DNA from: Clostridia bacterium
GTDB lineage: Bacteria > Bacillota > Clostridia > Christensenellales > UBA1242
Direction: 5' to 3'
NCBI GenBank assembly: GCA_028704215.1
Contig: JAQVLJ010000001.1
Location: 1 to 25,586 of the forward strand
Length of the DNA: 25,586 nt
This document shows, piece after piece, positions 19,821 to 25,586 of this stretch (positions are counted from its first letter, which is position 1; each line of letters starts with the position of its first letter). The translations under genes were made by a program, and so were the position numbers. A model generated the notes under the pieces. That model saw nothing but the letters and a program-made list of their open reading frames with translations, did not search any database and was not told the origin of the DNA.

Positions 19821-20651
19821 ATGAAAAAAGGAATTATGATACCGTTTTTTACAGAATTAAGTATGAAAAGAAGATTGGAATTGATGAAAAAAGCAGGGTT
19901 TAACACTTTTATGATGTCGCTTGATAGAGGGCATGAAAAATTTACTGCAACACTTGAAGAGATTGTTGAACTATGTAAAAAAATAGATCTTGAGATTGAG
20001 ACAGGGCACGCACCATATAAAGATCCTGATGTTAATACTTTCTGGTCTGAAGACAAAGAAGGCGATATAATTGAAGAGATGTATATGGAAAGTTTAAGAT
20101 TTGCGAGTAAACATAATATTAAAAATGTAGTGTTTCATATGCATTTTGAAAATGATTATGAATTAAATGAAGCTGGAATTAAAAGACTTAAACGAATGGT
20201 AAAATATGCAGAAGAAAATAATGTAAATGTTGCTGTTGAAAACTTGTATTCTTATAAAGAATTAGAGTATATTTTTCAAGCAATTAAATCACCTAATTTA
20301 GGCATGTGCTTTGATAGTGGTCATGAAAACTTTTTAACCAAGAATGCAGATTTTTTGCACAAATTTGGAAATAGATTAAAAGCTGTTCATTTACATGATA
20401 ATAATGGTATTAAAGACGAGCATAAAACACCGTTTACTGGAACAATAAATTGGAAAAATATAGCTAATGGTTTTGCAAAAGCTAATAAGGTTAGTTTGGA
20501 ATCAGAAGTTAGATTATATAGACCAGAAAATAAACAAATAATTACCGAAGAAGAACTTTTTGCTTTATATAAAAGAGAGTTTAAAGCTTTGCAAAAATTG
20601 GAAAAATTAATTGAAAAAGAAAAAGATGCTATGGAACAATTGACGGTTTAG
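19821..20651 (+). CDS. Sugar phosphate isomerase/epimerase family (xylose isomerase-like TIM barrel)
   Basis: HAPY, VAVENL, CFDSGH, HLHDN and H..PFTG.I.W; AAGGAG RBS. Confidence 0.88.
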   Translation: MKKGIMIPFFTELSMKRRLELMKKAGFNTFMMSLDRGHEKFTATLEEIVELCKKIDLEIETGHAPYKDPDVNTFWSEDKEGDIIEEMYMESLRFASKHNIKNVVFHMHFENDYELNEAGIKRLKRMVKYAEENNVNVAVENLYSYKELEYIFQAIKSPNLGMCFDSGHENFLTKNADFLHKFGNRLKAVHLHDNNGIKDEHKTPFTGTINWKNIANGFAKANKVSLESEVRLYRPENKQIITEEELFALYKREFKALQKLEKLIEKEKDAMEQLTV

Positions 20652-20728
20652 ACGCAATATTTGTTTTAATTAATAAAAAACAATGGAGGCGACTATGAAA
20701 TTCCTATATAAAGTGTGTTAATTAAATA

Positions 20729-20950
20729 ATGAACAACCAAAATTGTTTGAAGAACATTTTGCCGAGCATGATGGCAGATTTTATTTTGAAGGAGTGTGGT
20801 TTAGAAACCAGCGCCCAGAAAATAAAAAAAAGAGATATTATCCCTGAATTAAAAGGTGTTGATGTGAAAATAAAAAGGAATAAGGTTGAGTTTGAGGGAC
20901 ATTCTTTATCAGCATATATGACTATGGTAAAGTTTAAGAAAAACGAATAA
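20729..20950 (+). CDS. Small hypothetical protein, possibly a degraded gene
   Basis: 73-aa ORF. The strong GGAGG RBS at ~20685 serves an ATG at 20695 that stops after 8 codons, suggesting a disrupted 5' end. Confidence 0.35.
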   Translation: MNNQNCLKNILPSMMADFILKECGLETSAQKIKKRDIIPELKGVDVKIKRNKVEFEGHSLSAYMTMVKFKKNE

Positions 20951-21143
20951 TATAAGTATATATAACTTATAGATATCGCTAATTTCATACACTTTTAAAG
21001 CTATTATTCTTTAATACTAATTAACAATTTTTATTAATTTTGGGAGGGTCTACGAAAAATTCGTAGAAAATTCGTAAAAGAAGGCGTTTTTACCCATTTT
21101 AAGCAATCTTAAAAACAATTACTTCAAACAACCCGAAAACATT

Positions 21144-21179
21144 AAAAAAGCCTATAAACACTAGCTTATAGGCTTTTTT
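21144..21179. terminator. Intrinsic terminator abutting att-like repeat copy 2
   Basis: AAAAAAGCCTATAA-N8-TTATAGGCTTTTTT perfect inverted repeat. Confidence 0.85.
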
Positions 21180-21181
21180 AT

Positions 21182-21264
21182 TTGGCGGAAAGAGTCAAGT
21201 TCAGTTTGAATATAAAGTAATTGTAATAAAAAACATATTTAACATAAAGTTTAGTTTATAATTT
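21182..21264. repeat. 83-bp att-like repeat, copy 2
   Basis: TTGGCGGAAAGAGTCAAGTTCAGTTTGAATATA...GTTTAGTTTATAATTT. TGGCGGAAAGAG matches the tRNA end TGGCGGAAGGGG at 10/12. Confidence 0.75.
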
Positions 21265-21336
21265 GTTAATAATATTATAATTTTAATTATTTTATGTTAA
21301 TATTAATATAGATTTACAATAATTAAGAAGGTTATT

Positions 21337-21609
21337 ATGAAATATAAAGTGTTTTTATTAGATAATGATGGTGTTTTAGCCAATTCAAATATTTTCCATT
21401 ATGAGGGATATAGGGATATTATTAAGAAAAATTTTCAAGATATTGATTATACATATGAAGAACATTCAACCCTTTTGGGGGTAAGCACACATGATACATT
21501 TGTTGCTATATTAAAAAATCATGGCTATGATAATAAAATAGAAACAAATGAGATAAAAAAAATTATTTCTAAAATGGAAGAGATTATTATGTCAATTTTA
21601 ATTGTTTAA
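21337..21609 (+). pseudogene. Truncated HAD-family hydrolase (beta-phosphoglucomutase-like N-terminus)
   Basis: Motif I LLDNDGVLA is present. The ORF is only 90 aa and lacks motifs II-IV. Confidence 0.75.
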
Positions 21610-21911
21610 TAAACAATAATTCAGGAGCTGTATTAGATTATGTATCAGTTGTAATTACTGTTTATAATTTATCTAATGAAAGTCAAGGCATAATAACATC
21701 TTCATTCGGGTCATCTTATTCAAGTGGTGGTGTTCTGGGCATAGAGCCAAATGCTTCAACATCTAAAACTACTCAAATAATTGAAAGTAGTTCAAATGGT
21801 AGTGTTAGCACATTTTTTGCTTACTTGTATTCTAACAACTTGAGTAATATGAGATTTTCATACGAAATTAAGACAGTATATTGGGCAGATGGAGAAAGAT
21901 ATTTTTCATAA
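21573..21911 (+). pseudogene. Headless 3' fragment of a Ser/Asn-rich, probably exported protein
   Basis: 112 sense codons with no start codon near the 5' end: NGRDYYVNFNCLINNNSGAVLDYVSVVITVYN...YEIKTVYWADGERYFS*. Confidence 0.6.
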
Positions 21912-21943
21912 AATAAAAACTTTATAATTTTAAGGGGAATAAT

Positions 21944-23206
21944 ATGGATAACGAATGGAAACATAAACTAATAAATGAATGCGAAAACTATTTATTGGAT
22001 GTTGATAAATTTAAGGATAAATGGTGTAATGGAAAGATTGAAAAGCTCGTAAATAAATTAATTGATCGTGCTAAAGATAAAATTAATGAAAGAAATTTGC
22101 TATTAAAGAAAGCGTTTGATTATTATGAGCAAAGATTAATAGAAATCTCAAAAGGAACTATTAAATCAAAATTTATAAAATCTCAATTATTGAATATTAA
22201 TAACGAAAAAGAAGCCGAAGAAGCCGATAATATTTTTAATTATATTACAAATTTGGAGAAGCAAACAATTATTGAATATATCAACGATTATTTGCAATTT
22301 GCTATAAATTCAAATGAAAGGAAAAAATATCAATTATATCCTTTATTAATGTTAACACTTAGCATGTCTGGAGGTTTTCAAATTGGTATACCATATCGTT
22401 TAGTTTTATCGAAAAAATTTTCAATAATAGATAGCTCGTTTTCTAAATATTGCCAAGTTGAAAGCATTCCTTTATTTATAAATCGTCAGTCTTTTGATTT
22501 AATAATAGAGGCTATTAATTATGATACAGCTTCTGTTAAAATTAAACATATAAATAACGGATATATAATTGATACAGCTAATGATAATACTAAAGACAAT
22601 TTATATGTGTTAAATGAAGAATTTGTTCATGAAATAATTAAAGATTTAAAGGAAAACGATTATACATCAGCTATTGATTTCTCATTAAATATTGCAAAAA
22701 AATATAAATTACCAATAGATGACTCCATATTAGATTTTAAAAAATTATATGAAGAAAAGCCTGAACAAATTTTAATATCTGACCAAAGATATTATGCTGA
22801 AAAAAAATTAGAGCAAGATAAAGAGCAAGCAAAAGAAGATAGGAGACAAAGACAAGAGCATGCTGAGGAAGATAGGAGACAAAGACAAGAGGATGAAGAA
22901 TATCAAAGAAGAATAAGCGAAGAAAATAGAATACGAGCCGTAGAAAATGAAGAAAGATATAGAAGGCAACAAATGATGGATGTGGAGCAGGATAGAAGAT
23001 ATCGTGATGAACAGCAAAGAGCTTTACAAAAACAAAATGAACAACAAATTAAAGCTCAAAAAGCTCAAACTAGAGCATTTTATGATGCTCAAATTGCACA
23101 GTTAAGAAAAGAAGAGTTTAACTTACATGGCCCAAATGATGCAAGAAGGTTGTTGGCAGTTAGGTCTCAAATAAGGGATTTGCAGTGGAAAAGGGACCAT
23201 GAATAA
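21944..23206 (+). CDS. Hypothetical protein with a long charged coiled-coil C-terminus
   Basis: 420-aa ORF with AAGGGG RBS and an E/Q/R-rich tail. Confidence 0.8.
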   Translation: MDNEWKHKLINECENYLLDVDKFKDKWCNGKIEKLVNKLIDRAKDKINERNLLLKKAFDYYEQRLIEISKGTIKSKFIKSQLLNINNEKEAEEADNIFNYITNLEKQTIIEYINDYLQFAINSNERKKYQLYPLLMLTLSMSGGFQIGIPYRLVLSKKFSIIDSSFSKYCQVESIPLFINRQSFDLIIEAINYDTASVKIKHINNGYIIDTANDNTKDNLYVLNEEFVHEIIKDLKENDYTSAIDFSLNIAKKYKLPIDDSILDFKKLYEEKPEQILISDQRYYAEKKLEQDKEQAKEDRRQRQEHAEEDRRQRQEDEEYQRRISEENRIRAVENEERYRRQQMMDVEQDRRYRDEQQRALQKQNEQQIKAQKAQTRAFYDAQIAQLRKEEFNLHGPNDARRLLAVRSQIRDLQWKRDHE

Positions 23207-23254
23207 TGAGTTAGCATTGGTTCTTTAAAATTTAACACCGCTTTGTCTTTATAT

Positions 23255-23292
23255 AAAAAAATAATCGTGCCTAATTATAGACACGATTTTTT
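23255..23292. terminator. Terminator between the coiled-coil gene and tRNA-Ser
   Basis: AATCGTG...CACGATT stem flanked by A and T runs. Confidence 0.7.
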
Positions 23293-23345
23293 ATTGTTAG
23301 CCGTACTTAAACCTAATTATTATTAGTCCGTGTACGCACTTATTC

Positions 23346-23433
23346 TGGCGGAAGGGGCGGGATTCGAACCCGCGGTGGCTTTCACCACACCAGTTTTCGA
23401 GACTAGCACATTCGACCGCTCTGACACCCTTCC
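23346..23433 (-). tRNA. tRNA-Ser(CGA)
   Basis: GGAAGGG/CCTTCC acceptor stem, anticodon loop CT-CGA-AA, long variable arm GTGGTGAAAGCCAC, GGTTCGAATCC T-arm and encoded CCA. Confidence 0.97.
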
Positions 23434-23459
23434 GTATAAAATAGTTATATTAAGTTGTT

Positions 23460-23628
23460 ACATCATTCGATGCTTATTAAGCGGTCGAATGTTTTAGGGG
23501 TCCCCATAAGACATAGTCGCAATGGGGTAAAGGAAAAGCCGAGTTTCACAGGCGTATATACCGAGTATTCACGAGGTATTAGCCATTAGCGAGTGCTTTG
23601 ACGTGGCCACTCTGATAAATGCTTTTCA
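23460..23628 (-). other. GC-richer multi-hairpin element upstream of tRNA-Ser (structured leader or REP-like repeat)
   Basis: Hairpins CATTCGA/TCGAATG, CCCCAT/ATGGGG, ATACC/GGTAT and GCCA/TGGC lie between the putative promoter and the tRNA. Confidence 0.5.
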
Positions 23629-23634
23629 AAAAAG

Positions 23635-23664
23635 AGTATAACACAACAAAATAGTTTTTGTAAA
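23635..23664 (-). promoter_or_regulatory. Putative promoter for the leader plus tRNA-Ser
   Basis: TTTACA-N18-TATACT with extended TG. Confidence 0.55.
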
Positions 23665-23772
23665 TATTTTTTCCGACTAATAAAAAACTCTGAATTAGGC
23701 AATTTGTATTTAACTAAATATAATTAATGTGTTATAATATTATTACACAAAGCAAAAAAAGGGATAAATACT

Positions 23773-24216
23773 ATGAAAAAAATATTTATAATTGGAGCGC
23801 AAATTCAAATCAAAAATAATAATAAACAACTATTTAATATTTATAAAAATGCAATCGAAAAAAATAGTAAAGATGTGCAAATTGTCTTGCCAGAAGATAT
23901 CAAAATACATAGCGACAATTTTCAATTAACGACTCCCAACGCAAGTCTAAGTGATAACGTGAAAGAAATGGCAAGGTATGATTTGCAGCAGATACTATCC
24001 TCTGACCTTATTGTAGCAGACGTTAGTAGACCGTCTACTGGCTTAGGAATAGAAATATGTACCGCACTATCAAATAAAAAAGAAGTTTTGTTTTTTGCAA
24101 ATTCTAAAGCCAGGGTGAGTATGTTACTAATTGGATATATGGACAAAAACAAAATTAATTGGTACAAAAATAAAAAAGAATTAAAAATAAAATTGAATAA
24201 AATATTTGAAAAATAA
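23773..24216 (+). CDS. Nucleoside 2-deoxyribosyltransferase / Rcl-like N-glycosidase family
   Basis: DLQQILSSDLIVADVSRPSTGLGIEI motif. Confidence 0.8.
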   Translation: MKKIFIIGAQIQIKNNNKQLFNIYKNAIEKNSKDVQIVLPEDIKIHSDNFQLTTPNASLSDNVKEMARYDLQQILSSDLIVADVSRPSTGLGIEICTALSNKKEVLFFANSKARVSMLLIGYMDKNKINWYKNKKELKIKLNKIFEK

Positions 24217-24352
24217 TTTTTTATTATAATAATAATAAAATAAAATAATTTAAATTAATATTTTTAATTAAAATAATGAAAAAATAATTAATAATTATTA
24301 AAAAAACACTAATCATATTAATTAGTGTTTTTTACTTTTTTTTTAGATAGTG

Positions 24353-24529
24353 TTAATTAAAATCGCCTACATTGTCAGTCCCAAATACTGGGCATGGTGG
24401 GCATGGCGGACATGGTGGTGGACATGGTGGGCATGGTGGACACTGCGGGATGCAAGGTACAGGACAGCAACAGCAATTGCAGCGGCAACAACATCTAAAA
24501 CAACACATTCTTCTAAAACAACGGCACAT
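24353..24529 (-). CDS. 58-aa Cys/Pro-rich small protein (not in the ORF track)
   Basis: AAGGAG RBS 8 nt before ATG 24529. MCRCFRRMCCFRCCCRCNCCCCPVPCIPQCPPCPPCPPPCPPCPPCPVFGTDNVGDFN*. Confidence 0.8.
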   Translation of the reverse strand: MCRCFRRMCCFRCCCRCNCCCCPVPCIPQCPPCPPCPPPCPPCPPCPVFGTDNVGDFN

Positions 24530-24591
24530 AAAACATTCTCCTTTTTTATGTTCTATCTCATACTATTAAAAGGAGCAAAAAAATGTGATAT

Positions 24592-25017
24592 TTAAGTTCT
24601 GCCACCGCCTATCTGTGAAACCTTAGACCATGTATTTTTTCCCACTATTCCATCGGGTGTCAATCCATTTTCCGTTTGAAATGCAACTACTGCTCTTTGA
24701 GTTTCAGGGCCGAATACTCCATCAAGCGAAGTGATTGGATACAGTTTTGACAATAATTTTCTTTGCAAATACAAAACTCCACTACTTCGATCACCTTGCC
24801 TTAAAACTTTTGATGTAGGATTAAGATTGAGCAAAACACTCCAAGTATTTTTGCCCACTATGCCATCAGCAGTCAAATTATTATTATTTTGAAAATTTGT
24901 AACAGCACTAAATGTTTTGTTACCAAAATCACCATCTGCAACCAAGTCATAGTCATAACTATTGAGCAAATATTGCAAAAGCACCACTTGATTACCTTCA
25001 CTTCCAGTACGTAGAGT
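24592..25017 (-). CDS. Protein of two peptidoglycan-binding (PG_binding_1) domains; 5' end uncertain
   Basis: TLRTGSEGNQVVLLQYLL...ADGDFGNKT...FQ...LTADGIVGKNTW pattern occurs twice. The first domain starts upstream of the track's GTG. Confidence 0.8.
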   Translation of the reverse strand, partial: TLRTGSEGNQVVLLQYLLNSYDYDLVADGDFGNKTFSAVTNFQNNNNLTADGIVGKNTWSVLLNLNPTSKVLRQGDRSSGVLYLQRKLLSKLYPITSLDGVFGPETQRAVVAFQTENGLTPDGIVGKNTWSKVSQIGGGRT

Positions 25018-25150
25018 GCATTTGTCGTCAACGGTGATAAAATATTTTTATGAATAAGAAAAATGGTGTGTTGTACAATGTTACAAGTAAGGACTATTCA
25101 AAATAATGTGTTGTGATTTTTAAACATAAATTTAATTTTACAAAAAAAAC

Positions 25151-25177
25151 AAAAAAAGACCAAATGGTCTTTTTTTG
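25151..25177. terminator. Intrinsic terminator
   Basis: AAAAAAAGACCA-aa-TGGTCTTTTTTT inverted repeat downstream of the 25193 ORF. Confidence 0.75.
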
Positions 25178-25192
25178 ACGTCAAAATAAATA

Positions 25193-25585
25193 TTAAAAAG
25201 CCAAATCTTCGTTTATAATTTCTCTATTGCGTTTGTTGATTAACATTGATATTTCATTTTTAAAACCTTCATCGCATTTTTCCAAGTCCTTAAAAATCTG
25301 TTCATATCCAAATCTTTCTAATAAATAATTGTAAGTTTCTTCTTTTCTAACTTTTTTCAATATGTAAAACAAATGTTCCAAGTCTCTATGTGTTTTTTTA
25401 TAAAGTTCATCAATGTCATTCTCATTTACTTTATAATACTGGCTATCGCATAATGTGGTTTGTAAATCAACATAAGTTTCATCATCTGTCATATTCACTA
25501 GATTTCTTATTTTTTTAATCAATTCATCATCACAATATATTTGCAAAGAGGCAACCAGTTCTTCAAAATTATTTTTTATTACTTT
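25193..25585 (-). CDS. Hypothetical protein, 5' end beyond right window edge
   Basis: The frame stays open upstream of the track's TTG (KVIKNNFEELVASLQ...) up to the window edge. Confidence 0.7.
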   Translation of the reverse strand, partial: KVIKNNFEELVASLQIYCDDELIKKIRNLVNMTDDETYVDLQTTLCDSQYYKVNENDIDELYKKTHRDLEHLFYILKKVRKEETYNYLLERFGYEQIFKDLEKCDEGFKNEISMLINKRNREIINEDLAF

Positions 25586-25586
25586 T

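Larger units (their letters stand above)
18588..23345. mobile_element. Integrase-less tandem genomic islets at the 3' end of tRNA-Ser
   Basis: tRNA 3'-end repeats at 18588 and 21182, AT-richer appearance than the flanks (not computed), accessory and broken genes, no recombinase ORF. Confidence 0.65.

Noticed and set aside
18588..21264. CRISPR interpretation of the repeated site
   Set aside because: There are only two degenerate copies 2.6 kb apart, with no spacer periodicity and no cas genes
23535..23620. SAM-I riboswitch resemblance on the minus strand (TTATCAGAG...GCCTGTGAAACTCGGC)
   Set aside because: It lacks the GCAAC and GTGC motifs and the closing P1 strand, and there is no downstream methionine-related gene
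24393..24441. TGGCGGA at ~24404 as a further att copy
   Set aside because: It lies inside the Cys-Pro-Pro coding repeat and lacks the TCAAGTT/TTTGAA block and adjacent hairpin
24350..24595. Plus-strand ORFs reading GHGGHGGH.../WWAWW...
   Set aside because: They are antisense translations of the (CPP)n repeat. They have TTG/GTG starts without an SD, whereas the minus frame has ATG plus AAGGAG.

Overview
AT-rich bacterial chromosome segment, most consistent with a low-GC Bacillota (Clostridia-like) organism. This is inferred from veg, the nfeD-floA operon, lipoproteins and sigma-A-type promoters. The left third is one giant minus-strand lipoprotein gene (>3073 codons, GLUG-type repeats). It runs off the window edge and is therefore missing from the ORF track. 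The middle holds housekeeping genes: ttcA, veg, a lipoprotein, nfeD-floA plus a third gene, an 8-oxoguanine glycosylase and rsmD. From about 17.5 kb to 23.35 kb lies an accessory region at the 3' end of tRNA-Ser(CGA) with no integrase in it. It is divided by two copies of an ungapped 83-bp site that begins with the tRNA 3' end and abuts a terminator-like hairpin. Its cargo includes ART-fold, GNAT, TIM-barrel, transglutaminase-like and broken genes. The tRNA has a ~195-nt structured leader with a 13-nt perfect complement to its own D-arm. At the right end is an unannotated 58-aa Cys/Pro-rich peptide gene downstream of a peptidoglycan-binding gene.
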